Source: Escherichia phage ECD7. Taken from it: a stretch of DNA of 64,000 nucleotides. Of the stretch, positions 19,140 to 29,418 are shown piece by piece. Within the stretch, counting starts at the first letter, position 1. Every line of letters begins with the position of its first letter. Below the pieces are notes generated by a model, which did no database searches, was not told where the DNA came from, and worked only from the letters and a program-made list of their open reading frames with translations. The DNA lies in the sequence record NC_041936.1, one strand, 5' to 3'. The translations under genes and the position numbers were made by a program.

Positions 19140-20341
19140 AGGGAAGTAAGGTCAAAGCTCATCATCCAACGATAAGCATTAGGTACTGGCTCTTTTACGA
19201 ATGCGCCAGGATAAGTCTGCTTAGGCTGTATCTTGTTCTCTGGTACTACTTTACCCTCAGCTTTCAGAGATCCGAAGATAATAGCATCCCATACTTTCAT
19301 CGGGTTATAAACATGGTTAAATTTAATCTTTGCATAGAAACATAGACTATACACCAGATCGATAAATCCACGCTTTTTATCAATCGCCAGCACACGATCA
19401 ACGTCGCCGATGTTATAATCGATGTAAAGTTGATGATTGTCATCACGCAATTTCTTTAACGGACCATCATAATCAACCTTACCGATTCCTGTCTCATATT
19501 CAGCAACATAATCTAACGCATATGTTGGTTGAGTCGTAAAGCTAAATTTCTTGTACAGGTCAATATAATCAAGGCTTTCGATCCCCATGATCGTAAATGC
19601 TTCACGCTCGTTGCCAAAATCATCCTGTGAGATTCTGGATTTAATCTTACCGCACGGGCTTAGACGGTTAGCGGTTCTACTTCCGAACTTATTACTGATA
19701 CGTTTAATGATATATGGAATATCGAATGTTTCTGTGTTCCAGCCAGTGAAACCAACGGGTCGGTTTTCCTCAAAGAATCGGATGTATTCTAACAGCAATT
19801 CATCTTCTGTGTCATAGACGTTATAAACAACGCGCTCTACAATATCAGGTCGAAGAATAGACTTGCTTGCTTCCCAGATTTCACCGTTTTTTCCTTTCAA
19901 ATCAAATACAAAGAAACGATCATGTACGGAATCATAATGCGTAATTGCATCTATAGGATATTTCGCTTCTTCTGGTTTAGGAAATTCTGGGGCAGTGACC
20001 TCAATATCAACCCATGCTACACGGATTTTATTTCGGTCATATCGAATCTCTCCTTTATACGTATCGGACAGATAGGAGATGATAAAATCATCCATCCCTA
20101 GTGCCTCTTGCCCCATCTCCCCCATCTTTTTACGCCATTTGTTGGCCTCGTTCATAGATGGGAATTTTTTAGCAATGCAAGGCTTGCCGTAGATATCTTT
20201 ATAATTCGTAACCATACCAGGCGCGGCATGATGAAATAAAGTTGGCGTATATTCAACGTAACGCTCTTGTTCTTGTCCAGCATCATCAATATAACGCTCG
20301 TAGATCTTATCACCCACTCGCTCACATGACAGAAAATACAT
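19140..20341 (-). CDS. 43: DNA polymerase gp43, exon 1 (N-terminal and 3'-5' exonuclease domains to motif A)
   Basis: ATG 20339-20341 with AAGGAG SD; ERYIDDAGQ, FDIPYI, ends FDLTSL at splice site. Confidence 0.9.
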
Positions 20342-20364
20342 AATATAAACTCCTTCACTTACGA

Positions 20365-20405
20365 AAGACACTCATTATAGGGGAATCGACTTAGTTTGTC
20401 AATAC
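20365..20405 (-). promoter_or_regulatory. sigma70-type early promoter upstream of gene 43
   Basis: Minus: TTGACA-17nt-TATAAT, with GGGG/CCCC inverted repeat flanking the -35. Confidence 0.5.
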
Positions 20406-20423
20406 CCCTATCCCATCAGTATC

Positions 20424-20786
20424 TTAGCGTCCGATCTGATATTTCTCGATCAGCGTCCACTCTTCTTTCTGTTTGAAAGACAGTACACGGAAATTATTAA
20501 CTTCGGTAGTTTCAAAATCATTATCAATCAGGGTACACAGATTCCACTGCGCCAGAAGTTTTGCAATGTTATTACGGCGTAATTCATCTTCCCACGTCAT
20601 TTTAACACTACGACCATCTAATTTCAACAACTCCTTGAAATGAACGATGTAATAGCGCCCTTTCTTCTGGAGAATATGACAAGACTGATACAGTGTCTTG
20701 TCTCGATTGTTGGCAATGCCGCAGCGGGTTAAAGTTTCCTTAATTTTAAGGAAGTTTTCAGGACTAATCAAATTAATTTCAATCAT
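20424..20786 (-). CDS. regA: translational repressor RegA
   Basis: 120 aa; LYQSCHILQKKG.YYIVHFKE nearly identical to T4 RegA. Confidence 0.93.
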   Translation of the reverse strand: MIEINLISPENFLKIKETLTRCGIANNRDKTLYQSCHILQKKGRYYIVHFKELLKLDGRSVKMTWEDELRRNNIAKLLAQWNLCTLIDNDFETTEVNNFRVLSFKQKEEWTLIEKYQIGR

Positions 20787-20787
20787 T

Positions 20788-21366
20788 TTACCACCTTTCT
20801 ATAATCTTTTTAAGTCGTTTCCTTTCTGTCTGATTCTTAGTAACACCCGCCAAAAGTTCATCGGTCGCATACGGTTTAATGTGCTTCAATAACTTGTCCA
20901 TATATCCCTTTTCATTAGCCAAATCGAGATAAAACCGGGCGTCATCCATATTTACACAATATGCTTTCGCCACTGCCATTAAAACCAATTTTTGGTCCAA
21001 TTCTTCTGTTAGTTTAGCCCATTTACCGTATCGTTTCCCCTTAGAAATACTCTGTAAGAGATAATCAAAATGCATTTGATCTGGGAGGCCATGACCGATT
21101 AAATTCATCACATACGCGCTATATAGGCAATCTGCGTGCTGGGAAAGAGCGGTGTTAATCCATCTCTGGTTATATGCAGAATTGTTTCCCACATTAACGC
21201 GCTGTTTATCTAAGGTGATATGATCCATCAGAGCAAATAATGCATTGTCGGTTTTCTCGGTGAATGTGTCAGCTAATTCAGACACCTTTTCCCAATCACG
21301 AGAGCGCCATGCAATTTCATGCTCGTTTAATTGTGTATCATCTTCACCGAAAAATTGACCTAACAT
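20788..21366 (-). CDS. 62: clamp loader small subunit gp62
   Basis: 192 aa; QLNEH.VAW, KRYGKWAKL resemble T4 gp62. Confidence 0.85.
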   Translation of the reverse strand: MLGQFFGEDDTQLNEHEIAWRSRDWEKVSELADTFTEKTDNALFALMDHITLDKQRVNVGNNSAYNQRWINTALSQHADCLYSAYVMNLIGHGLPDQMHFDYLLQSISKGKRYGKWAKLTEELDQKLVLMAVAKAYCVNMDDARFYLDLANEKGYMDKLLKHIKPYATDELLAGVTKNQTERKRLKKIIERW

Positions 21367-22340
21367 TATACGAACTCCAATTCAACCATTAATTGCATTA
21401 ACAAAAAGACAATGTGAATCTCTTTATCAGCCGCGTGCGCAAACATCTGATTATTTTCACCGATAATCTCAGTGAGACGAATAATAGAAGCTGGCTTAAC
21501 TTGAGTATACAACTCATTATAAAGTTTCTTGACAAATTGAGCGTATGTATTGGTATAGCGTGGCGCGAGTTTACGCACATTAGCAAACTGTTTAGTTTTA
21601 AGTGCTTCCACCACATCGGTTACTTCGGTATTGCTACTTTCGATAACCATGCTCAATACGCCAGCATCAATTTTACCATGTTTAGCGTAGCGGTCCAAAA
21701 GTTTCATTACGCGTCGGAAGTCTGGGAAGTTCTGCTTAACCAATTCCGCTAATACGCGCATTTCTTCTACTGGTACACCTTCTTTATCAAGAATTGCTTT
21801 ACACCGGACGATCATTTCTTTCATCATGCGAAGCTGATCATCTTTAGTCGGAGATCCAAACGTGATGGGGTCAAAACGAGATCGTAACGCTGGGATAATA
21901 CCTTCTAGATCGTTTGCTGTGATAATGAATGTTACATTGTTTGAGTATGCCTCAGAGAAACTACGCAAGTGTCTTTGAGCATCAGCTAGCCCCGCTCGGT
22001 CATACTCATCGATAATAACAACTTTGCCTTTTTCTCGTTTTTCTTCATCGAGTGATACACTCTGCGCAAAGCGTGTAATCTCATCTCGGATAAAATCAAT
22101 CTTACAATCTGCACCGTTAACAAACAGATAATCAACACCCACATCTTCGCAAAGCGCCTTAGCAACGGTTGTTTTACCAGTACCCGGCGATGGGCTATGC
22201 AGAATCATTGAAGGGATTCGGCCTTGCTTAACAATCTGCGCGAAGATCTTTTTATCTGCTTCCGGCAGAATACATTCAGAAATTGATTTCGGACGGTATT
22301 TCTGTTCCCACTGAAACTCATTTTCATTAACACTCAGCAT
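21366..22340 (-). CDS. 44: clamp loader large subunit gp44 (AAA+)
   Basis: ATG at 22338-22340; EQKYRP, SPGTGKTT Walker A; synteny. Confidence 0.92.
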   Translation of the reverse strand: MLSVNENEFQWEQKYRPKSISECILPEADKKIFAQIVKQGRIPSMILHSPSPGTGKTTVAKALCEDVGVDYLFVNGADCKIDFIRDEITRFAQSVSLDEEKREKGKVVIIDEYDRAGLADAQRHLRSFSEAYSNNVTFIITANDLEGIIPALRSRFDPITFGSPTKDDQLRMMKEMIVRCKAILDKEGVPVEEMRVLAELVKQNFPDFRRVMKLLDRYAKHGKIDAGVLSMVIESSNTEVTDVVEALKTKQFANVRKLAPRYTNTYAQFVKKLYNELYTQVKPASIIRLTEIIGENNQMFAHAADKEIHIVFLLMQLMVELEFV

Positions 22341-22365
22341 ATAATCACCTCTCACAAATTACATC

Positions 22366-22393
22366 ATTAAAACGGGGAGTATTTATACTCCCC
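22366..22393 (-). promoter_or_regulatory. stem-loop with TATAAATA in the loop between genes 45 and 44
   Basis: GGGGAGTA-TAAA-TACTCCCC perfect inverted repeat; possible late promoter or attenuator. Confidence 0.35.
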
Positions 22394-22405
22394 ACAAACA
22401 TTATA

Positions 22406-23092
22406 TTAGTCGGTGTAGCTGGAGTCAAGGTCACACGCGATCATATAAGATACGGTTTCACTTGCCAGCCATACAGCCTTACGGCGAGTGAAGCTCAGTT
22501 TGTAATCGCCGAAGTCAGTAGCAACCAGTTTCATGTTATCTTTACGAATAAAGAAATGGAAGTCTGCGGTTCCGGTATATTCGCCCATATCAAGACAAAA
22601 CATCTCATTAGGATTATTTTTGTCAATCTCTTCCCAACCTTTGATCATCAGACGACCATCAATCGGAAGAAATTCAAGGCGATCCACTTTAAGCTGATTG
22701 CTCATTTTCATAAGCTGTTTCAGATCGTCGTTGCTCAGTTCGTAATCTACATCGCTTGCAGGTGGAGTAACTCGGCCTTTCGGTGATACGATAGCAGCAG
22801 CACTAGCACCAGGGTAATTAATTTTCAGACGATCATTAGACACACGAATGTTACCAGTGCGGTCATCAACCGTAATATCTGCTTCATCGCCTACCAGATT
22901 CAGAATACCCAGGAAAGAGTTAAGATCATAGATCCCGATTTCGTGTTCCAGTTCTTGATTCAGAGTCGCTTCACCATATACAACGTTTGTCATGTTTTTG
23001 GTGATTAGGACGTTTCCTTTTTTCAGGATGATACCTGGGTTAATAGCGGAAAAGTTTTTCAGGGTAGCAATGGTTTCTTTAGTCAGTTTCAT
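22406..23092 (-). CDS. 45: sliding clamp gp45
   Basis: ATG 23090-23092; MKLTKETIATLKNFSAINPGI resembles T4 gp45 N-terminus. Confidence 0.9.
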   Translation of the reverse strand: MKLTKETIATLKNFSAINPGIILKKGNVLITKNMTNVVYGEATLNQELEHEIGIYDLNSFLGILNLVGDEADITVDDRTGNIRVSNDRLKINYPGASAAAIVSPKGRVTPPASDVDYELSNDDLKQLMKMSNQLKVDRLEFLPIDGRLMIKGWEEIDKNNPNEMFCLDMGEYTGTADFHFFIRKDNMKLVATDFGDYKLSFTRRKAVWLASETVSYMIACDLDSSYTD

Positions 23093-23122
23093 CAAATCAC
23101 CTTTATCATGTTAATCAATTAA

Positions 23123-23521
23123 TTACGGGTTTACTGCGTGTTCGTTACGAATCTTGAGCATTTTGTTTTGGAAGTTTTCCGCAGCTTGCTCATCAATAGC
23201 ATGAGTATACTTAAATCCAATGTATGCTGTCAAGTATTGTTGCAGAGCATAGACAGTAACAGGATTCTTTGCGGTCTTCTTGCCTTCGAGATATATCAGA
23301 TCACCACGAACATCAAACGCAAGTTTACGACGAATCACATTATCAACAAACTCATCAACAACAAAATGCCAAATGTTGCTATCGGTTCCAATATCAAAAT
23401 TAATCACACAGCCTTGTTTGACATAATCAAACGGTATCGGGAATAGTTTATAGTCAAGTTCGATAAACATTAATTGTTCTTTTAAGCTCATACGTTTCAT
23501 TCTATCACTTCCCATCAGCAA
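23123..23521 (-). CDS. hypothetical protein (rpbA position)
   Basis: 132-aa ORF immediately upstream of 45; assignment by position only. Confidence 0.35.
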   Translation of the reverse strand: MLMGSDRMKRMSLKEQLMFIELDYKLFPIPFDYVKQGCVINFDIGTDSNIWHFVVDEFVDNVIRRKLAFDVRGDLIYLEGKKTAKNPVTVYALQQYLTAYIGFKYTHAIDEQAAENFQNKMLKIRNEHAVNP

Positions 23522-23897
23522 TTGCGATCAGACGAGTTACTACTACGCTAGCGGCTTCAATCAGCAGTTCATCAGTGTCAATCTGATAACCCTTTTCGAG
23601 AATATCTTTACCTCGAATAGTTTTAGCGCCTTTAGCAATTGAATCATCGTAATACTTGCGCATTGCAGCGATCCATTCTTTTTGCACCATATCATCAATA
23701 TGCGCGTACAGTTCAAAGCGTGCTTGCTGCGGGATAACCTTCATTTTAGCTTTCTCGCTTTCTGGCATTTGTAGTACCCACGCTTTACGGATCTTGTTCA
23801 TTGCTCGGTCAAATTCGAGACTGGTTTTCTTGTTCTGAATGTCTGCTACAGTAATTTTAGCCAGGTTTGCGGAAGTAGTCATAATATTAATCTCCAA
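23505..23897 (-). CDS. hypothetical protein
   Basis: 130-aa ORF. Confidence 0.4.
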   Translation of the reverse strand: MEINIMTTSANLAKITVADIQNKKTSLEFDRAMNKIRKAWVLQMPESEKAKMKVIPQQARFELYAHIDDMVQKEWIAAMRKYYDDSIAKGAKTIRGKDILEKGYQIDTDELLIEAASVVVTRLIAIADGK

Positions 23898-23912
23898 AAT
23901 AAAATCAGTATA

Positions 23913-24143
23913 TCACGTTCTAAAGTTTGTTGCAACCCCAGCATCAGGGTAATCAAGTTTATCAAAGTTTGGGACCAGCATAAACTCATGATGACGACAA
24001 GACAACATTTTTGTTATGTCTTCATCGCTGTATATGCTGTTTTTCATATCCCCCATACTAACTACATATTCTTCACCGGAATATAGATTGATTAAGGTAT
24101 ACAATTCTAACTCCGGCTGCGTTACTCTGTCAAATGTTAACAT
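23913..24143 (-). CDS. hypothetical protein
   Basis: 76-aa ORF. Confidence 0.4.
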   Translation of the reverse strand: MLTFDRVTQPELELYTLINLYSGEEYVVSMGDMKNSIYSDEDITKMLSCRHHEFMLVPNFDKLDYPDAGVATNFRT

Positions 24144-25812
24144 TCATTTCAGTGAATCGCCCACGTTTAACCATCTTGAGATGACGGCTAAAATCATCAG
24201 GGTTATGGTCACGATGGCTGATAATATACACGTTATCATCTAACTTGTCAATGATGGAATCAAGTGCTTTTACGCCTTGAACGTCCGTAGCCCCATCATA
24301 AATTTCGTCGAGTACCAACAAAGAAATGTTAGTATCAGATACTTTACCAGCAACATCACGCCATGTAAAGAGCATCGCAAGGTCAATACGTGCTTTTTCG
24401 CCTTGACTGAATGATGTATACGAAAACGATTCACGCCCCCGTGATTTGATTGTTTCGTTAAACTCTTCATCTAGCGTAAAGATATAATCCGCTTCCATGA
24501 TATCAAGATAATATGCAATCCGATCATTGAAATATGGAATATATTTCTTGACGATAGACGCCTTAACACCGGAATCCTTCAACATTTCTGTTACAAATCC
24601 ACGGTGATATTTTTCAAGAACTAGCTTTGATTTTTCATTAGTAATCTCTACCAGTTCGTGTTCCAGTTTAGCAAGTTCTTCGGAATTGTCAACCCTTTCT
24701 TTTTGTAATTCCTGAATTGCTTTCTGGATCTGTTTAGCACGACCTACAGATGCCGTTAAATTCGCTCGCTGCGACTCTATAGCGCGTTTAATTTCCAAGA
24801 CCTTAGTTTGTGCTGCCTGGAAAGAATTGGCTTTCTCTGCGTATTCTACGCGTTTCTCGTCAATCAGAGACAGTTTATGTTCTGCTTGTGCTTTTTGTTC
24901 GCGTACAGCCTGATCATTACCCTGAATGATCGGTTGTGTGCACGTAGGACAGATCCCGCCTTTCTCGTGCATATGGATAACACGGTCAAAGTTCTGGATC
25001 TGCGCACCAATCTGTGCGATAGCAGTATTAATTTTAGCCAATGCTGCGCTAGGATCTTCCGGCATAACAACAGCCAATAGCTCATCGGTCAAGCGCGTTT
25101 CTTCGGCTTTAAACGCTTTAGCTGATTCTACTTCTTTCTCGTACATATTCTGCAAACGCTGTAGATTCTCGGCACTCGCCTTGCTAGCGTCTTCTATGTA
25201 CTTTTTATGAGTGTTGATTTGTTGCTGAACGTGATTAGCTTTCATTTCCTGCATTTGGATATTCTGGGTAATCTCGCGCACATACGCTTTATTCAGTTTA
25301 TCCATTTCGCCTAGCGTAGCAATATCAAGCAAATCCTCGACCAGTTTACGGCGACCCGCTGCCGGAAGACTCATAAACGGAACATAACCAGCCGTGCCTA
25401 AAACAACGATCTGTTTGAAGCTGGCTAGATTCATGCCTATGATACCTTCAAAATATTCCTGAAAGTCTTTGGTGCTTGCGCTCTCGTCGATCTTTTGACC
25501 GTCGCGATGCACTTCGAATACTTCCGGCTTTTGACCACGTTTGATATAAAACTCTTTCCCGTCCAGTTCAAACCAGACTTCGACTAACAGTTTCTTTTTG
25601 TTTACGCTGTTAATCAATTGGCCTTTCTTGATACTACGAAACGGTTTACCGAACAACACAAAGCAAAGCGCCTCAATCATGGTCGATTTACCAGCACCGT
25701 TAACACCAGTGATTAGTGTCTTTTTGAATCCGTCTAGCTGAATCTCAACAGGTTCAGCACCCACGCTCATTATATTTTGATAGCGCAAGGTTTTAAAATT
25801 TAACTTTGCCAT
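24130..25812 (-). CDS. 46: recombination endonuclease subunit gp46 (SbcC/Rad50-like ATPase)
   Basis: ATG 25810-25812; LITGVNGAGKST Walker A, long coiled coil, C-terminal signature region. Confidence 0.93.
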   Translation of the reverse strand: MAKLNFKTLRYQNIMSVGAEPVEIQLDGFKKTLITGVNGAGKSTMIEALCFVLFGKPFRSIKKGQLINSVNKKKLLVEVWFELDGKEFYIKRGQKPEVFEVHRDGQKIDESASTKDFQEYFEGIIGMNLASFKQIVVLGTAGYVPFMSLPAAGRRKLVEDLLDIATLGEMDKLNKAYVREITQNIQMQEMKANHVQQQINTHKKYIEDASKASAENLQRLQNMYEKEVESAKAFKAEETRLTDELLAVVMPEDPSAALAKINTAIAQIGAQIQNFDRVIHMHEKGGICPTCTQPIIQGNDQAVREQKAQAEHKLSLIDEKRVEYAEKANSFQAAQTKVLEIKRAIESQRANLTASVGRAKQIQKAIQELQKERVDNSEELAKLEHELVEITNEKSKLVLEKYHRGFVTEMLKDSGVKASIVKKYIPYFNDRIAYYLDIMEADYIFTLDEEFNETIKSRGRESFSYTSFSQGEKARIDLAMLFTWRDVAGKVSDTNISLLVLDEIYDGATDVQGVKALDSIIDKLDDNVYIISHRDHNPDDFSRHLKMVKRGRFTEMNVNI

Positions 25813-26056
25813 TAATCCACTCCGCAATCACACATTCCATAATATTAAATGCTAACACATCTTCATCAATGTTGTAAACACTTGCCGCCTTCACTTTAAC
25901 TAGTGTGTCTCTGCGATCTGGCAACATGATCACATAATCCAGTGTCGCCGGATCATATGTCATAAAGGGGTCAATATAAACCCCTTTATTCAATGCCAGA
26001 TATTCGCGAAGACCTTCTATAACCCTGTGTCTAAGGTAGGTCATCGATAGAATCAT
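25793..26056 (-). CDS. hypothetical protein
   Basis: 87-aa ORF between 46 and 47. Confidence 0.4.
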   Translation of the reverse strand: MILSMTYLRHRVIEGLREYLALNKGVYIDPFMTYDPATLDYVIMLPDRRDTLVKVKAASVYNIDEDVLAFNIMECVIAEWINGKVKF

Positions 26057-26649
26057 TTTAGTTTATGTTCCTCTAAAAATTCTTCAATTTCACCTTGCAG
26101 GTCTTCCGCTTGTTGTTCCAGAATATCACGAAATTCACCTACAGTCAAGCGGTAATCACACTTCACCAGTCGATGTGGGAGAATATACCCTTTATACATC
26201 GTCTCTGACGCTTCCAGGAATACCCCACTATGCATGACAGAGATCCAACCTGTTAACGTCAATGGAGTATTCGGAAAATAATACTTGCTGGATTGTTTCC
26301 ACTGTACGAAAGCACCATATACAATCGGATTATATTCACCAACCACACTCTTAATAATGGATTCTACTTTGTCTTTTACAAAGTCGCCAATGTCCATAGT
26401 TACCATCAAATCCTGTGGGTGAATCACTTTAAGGTAACGACGATAACCGTCATCATACCACATCTTAACCACTGGCTGACCCCACATTTTAGCAATACTC
26501 GCTTTCAGATAGCCATAGATCGGATTCTTGCAATGTGATTGTTTTAGTGTGTATGTGTGCACCAATTTAATAAAATGTTCCATTACCAACAAATCAGAAT
26601 CAGCCGCGACCATAGTCGTATTCATAATATGTTCCTCGTTCAATCTCAT
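26053..26649 (-). CDS. hypothetical protein
   Basis: 198-aa ORF between 46 and 47. Confidence 0.45.
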   Translation of the reverse strand: MRLNEEHIMNTTMVAADSDLLVMEHFIKLVHTYTLKQSHCKNPIYGYLKASIAKMWGQPVVKMWYDDGYRRYLKVIHPQDLMVTMDIGDFVKDKVESIIKSVVGEYNPIVYGAFVQWKQSSKYYFPNTPLTLTGWISVMHSGVFLEASETMYKGYILPHRLVKCDYRLTVGEFRDILEQQAEDLQGEIEEFLEEHKLK

Positions 26650-26917
26650 ATTGTTTCAGGTCTTCTAAAAGTTCATCCACTGCTTGTTTCAGTACATGAC
26701 GCAGCGTAAAGTAATAGCTTTCATCAAATTCTATTTCCGCGCGAGGAATAGAGCGAATCTTACACTTAACAGTAGTATCGGTGAGTCGCTTTTCGACCAT
26801 CATCCGAACTTCTTCATGCTCTTTGGAATACCATACATCAACGGAGATCCCCTTACGTCGAGCAAACATAGGCAATGCTGCATTAAATTCCATTACTTTT
26901 TGTGCAAGTGTTTTCAT
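26600..26917 (-). CDS. hypothetical protein
   Basis: 105-aa ORF. Confidence 0.4.
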   Translation of the reverse strand: MKTLAQKVMEFNAALPMFARRKGISVDVWYSKEHEEVRMMVEKRLTDTTVKCKIRSIPRAEIEFDESYYFTLRHVLKQAVDELLEDLKQYEIERGTYYEYDYGRG

Positions 26918-27165
26918 CGTACAGACTCCATAGATCCACGCGCAATAACATTCTGGGTAATATCAGCAACCTTACGGGATACGATGTTTGTTAGCCCCTC
27001 TTTGGTGATATTTTCACGATCAAATGGGATTTCGTCATGAGTCCACAAACCATAGTTAGACCGAAATGATAGCATATACTGACCATCTCGCACAACCTCA
27101 AATACATGGATCTTAGTGAATTTCGATAAACCTTCGTTGATTTCTTTCAGTGCATTAGTAATCAT
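26914..27165 (-). CDS. hypothetical protein
   Basis: ATG at 27163-27165 with GGAGG SD (track start is TTG at 27177). Confidence 0.4.
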   Translation of the reverse strand: MITNALKEINEGLSKFTKIHVFEVVRDGQYMLSFRSNYGLWTHDEIPFDRENITKEGLTNIVSRKVADITQNVIARGSMESVR

Positions 27166-27189
27166 AACAACCTCCAATCAATTTTTTTA

Positions 27190-27222
27190 GAGAGTATAAC
27201 GGGGATTTCTCCCCGCGTCAAC
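27190..27222 (-). promoter_or_regulatory. sigma70-type early promoter with CGGGGA/TCCCCG stem-loop in spacer
   Basis: Minus: TTGACG-17nt-TATACT. Confidence 0.5.
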
Positions 27223-28247
27223 TAACTTTTTGCGCTATTTACTTCGGCTAAAAGTTCATCAGAAATACGCTTGACCGCCGCAAGTTCTTCCGGTTCTAGG
27301 TTTTGTTCTTCCAGATATTCATAGACCATCTGAATAGTGCTTTTAACTTCAATAACACCTGTTTCCTGTGATGCGCTACTCTCCAGCTTATGGACCACTT
27401 TTAGCTTGTGTACAACGGCCTCTAACGCGCTTTCTAACTTAGTTAACCCATTATCAGCGACCGTTGCGATAAGACGCACACTAAGCCCTTTAAAGCGTTC
27501 TACATCGATTTTATCATCTGACGGGTAAGTGATACGCACATGATAAGTTTTGTCATTCTGGATAAACTCTTTTTTGTGTGTATCGGTATCGAATACCCAA
27601 AACCCACGCGGATCGTTTTCGTCACCCGCCGTTAGTGTGTATGGTGTACCGATATACGTTACATTACCGCCATCGCTGATAGTATGAAAGTGACCAGAAA
27701 ACACTTCACGGTATTTCTTGAGGAAGTCCGCGCTATAACCTTCGGATTTTAGCCCTTTATAGAAATAGTAACCAGACAGTTCCCAATGGCCTACACAATA
27801 TTCGCTGAATGAGTTTTGAATAAACTCTAAAATCTCTGATTTATTGTCATCACAAAACCACGGGAACAGATCAAATGATACACCATCAAAGGTGACTGTT
27901 TCCGGTTTATCAATAACCTTAATGCAATCATACTGGCTTAACACTTCACGCGGTGCGTTAGGCTGGATCTTGTTTCGTTTAAACATATCATGATTCCCGA
28001 CCGTGATATAACAAGTAATTCCAGCCTCTTCCAGTAATGGGATGACCTTAGTACGGTTAAATTTCATGGTTTCATGGGTAATTGCTTTTCGGCAATCAAA
28101 CCAATCCCCTGTTTGAATCCATGTCTTAATATTATGCTCTTTGGAGTATTCAACCGCTTTCTTGATGGTATCAAGAATATACTCATGCACCCACGGATCA
28201 TCGCCACCGATACCAGTATGCAGATCACCTAAAAGCAAAATTTTCAT
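27222..28247 (-). CDS. 47: recombination nuclease subunit gp47 (SbcD/Mre11-like phosphoesterase)
   Basis: MKILLLGDLH, GNHDM metallophosphatase motifs; 341 aa. Confidence 0.93.
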   Translation of the reverse strand: MKILLLGDLHTGIGGDDPWVHEYILDTIKKAVEYSKEHNIKTWIQTGDWFDCRKAITHETMKFNRTKVIPLLEEAGITCYITVGNHDMFKRNKIQPNAPREVLSQYDCIKVIDKPETVTFDGVSFDLFPWFCDDNKSEILEFIQNSFSEYCVGHWELSGYYFYKGLKSEGYSADFLKKYREVFSGHFHTISDGGNVTYIGTPYTLTAGDENDPRGFWVFDTDTHKKEFIQNDKTYHVRITYPSDDKIDVERFKGLSVRLIATVADNGLTKLESALEAVVHKLKVVHKLESSASQETGVIEVKSTIQMVYEYLEEQNLEPEELAAVKRISDELLAEVNSAKS

Positions 28248-28289
28248 AGTCTCTTCCTCTCTTCGTTTTCGATGCTCTCACTATATCAC

Positions 28290-28316
28290 AGAAAAATAAA
28301 AAGGGAAACCCCCTTT
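28290..28316 (-). terminator. weak intrinsic terminator-like hairpin upstream of gene 47
   Basis: Minus: AAAGGG-loop-CCCUUU followed by U-rich run. Confidence 0.35.
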
Positions 28317-28338
28317 CAGAGTCTCCCTTATAAAGCCA

Positions 28339-28626
28339 TTACAGCATACTTAATACCGTTTGCCGTGTACTAATCCACATAGCAGAAAGCAGTTCTGGCG
28401 TGTGTGGCTGTTTGTAGATATCACGTAACTTTCCGATAGCGTAGATATACGCATCACGATTATCATCGATGATAGCTTGTTCAGCCCACCGCTTAAGGCG
28501 TGCAATCTCTCGCGAGTTCTTACGCAAGATCTTTTCCGCTTTCTTAGCGGCTTTAGCCTCTAGTTCTGCTTGTACTTTGTCTACTTCATTCACTGCAATC
28601 TGGTCATGCTGTTCATTGCAAGTCAT
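28339..28626 (-). CDS. hypothetical protein
   Basis: 95-aa ORF in the slot where T4 has alpha-gt. Confidence 0.4.
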   Translation of the reverse strand: MTCNEQHDQIAVNEVDKVQAELEAKAAKKAEKILRKNSREIARLKRWAEQAIIDDNRDAYIYAIGKLRDIYKQPHTPELLSAMWISTRQTVLSML

Positions 28627-28627
28627 A

Positions 28628-28861
28628 TTATTTTACCTCTGGGATATAATCAATTATTAAAGAAAATTCATCTTCTGATACATTATAGCTATGTGAGATT
28701 GTACCCGTAAAGACCTCAAGATCCGGTGATTTGATATTGCACGGATCGATAATCACCGGAACGCCGCAATCTCTCAAAAATAATTTGGCGAAATACGGCA
28801 CAAGGTCAGTTTCAAACTCTGCTTCTTCCAGCAAACGGGAAATGTTAATTTTCAATCTCAT
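28628..28861 (-). CDS. hypothetical protein
   Basis: 77-aa ORF. Confidence 0.4.
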   Translation of the reverse strand: MRLKINISRLLEEAEFETDLVPYFAKLFLRDCGVPVIIDPCNIKSPDLEVFTGTISHSYNVSEDEFSLIIDYIPEVK

Positions 28862-29378
28862 AAAATTGGTCCAGGCTAGGCAATTCCTCGGTCAATACAT
28901 CTTCAACCTTTGGCGCTTTCGGTTTATTGACCGATTCCTCGTAGTTGTTGATTTTATCGTAAATGTCCTGTATGAATGCCTCATCAGCAATCTGGCACAT
29001 ATCAGCGTCGCGTTCGTCATATACATGATGCACAAAATATTTGTATTTTGCGGCTGTCGCTGTTCTCTCTTTTTTAATGCGCTGTACAAAAGCATTAAAG
29101 CACGCTTGCGTGATGTAAGCATGAGGATTTTTATACTTTGTCTCGTCAAAATTAATCAAACCCTTGACCGCCGCTTCGATTCCGTCGTCGATCATTTCTT
29201 CGCGCCATGTTTGACTATAACCAGAAAAGTTAAAACGACGTGATAGATTTTTGGAGATTTGCATAATTGCTAGGCCGATTTGATCGCTCATTGGAACTTG
29301 CCGACCTTCTGCTGCAATTTGTTGTTTCCAACGGCAAATTTCTTCGTAAAGCTCTTTATTGTTTACATAATCAGACAC
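28845..29378 (-). CDS. 55: late-transcription sigma factor gp55
   Basis: [36 protein letters not shown] essentially identical to T4 gp55; GTG start with GAGGGT SD. Confidence 0.92.
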   Translation of the reverse strand: MSDYVNNKELYEEICRWKQQIAAEGRQVPMSDQIGLAIMQISKNLSRRFNFSGYSQTWREEMIDDGIEAAVKGLINFDETKYKNPHAYITQACFNAFVQRIKKERTATAAKYKYFVHHVYDERDADMCQIADEAFIQDIYDKINNYEESVNKPKAPKVEDVLTEELPSLDQFYEIEN

Positions 29379-29418
29379 TTCGCACCCTCGCTATTATTTA
29401 GGAAATAACCCTTTCGGG

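Noticed and set aside
16549-20341. Gene 43 split into separately translated 43A/43B subunits by a free-standing endonuclease insertion
   Set aside because: Exon 2 codes for conserved motif A residues (YPSIIRQ...) in frame right up to the junction, before any start codon and immediately after a stop, and the insert ends with a group I-like 3' terminus; splicing explains this better than independent translation from the ATG at 17953-17955.
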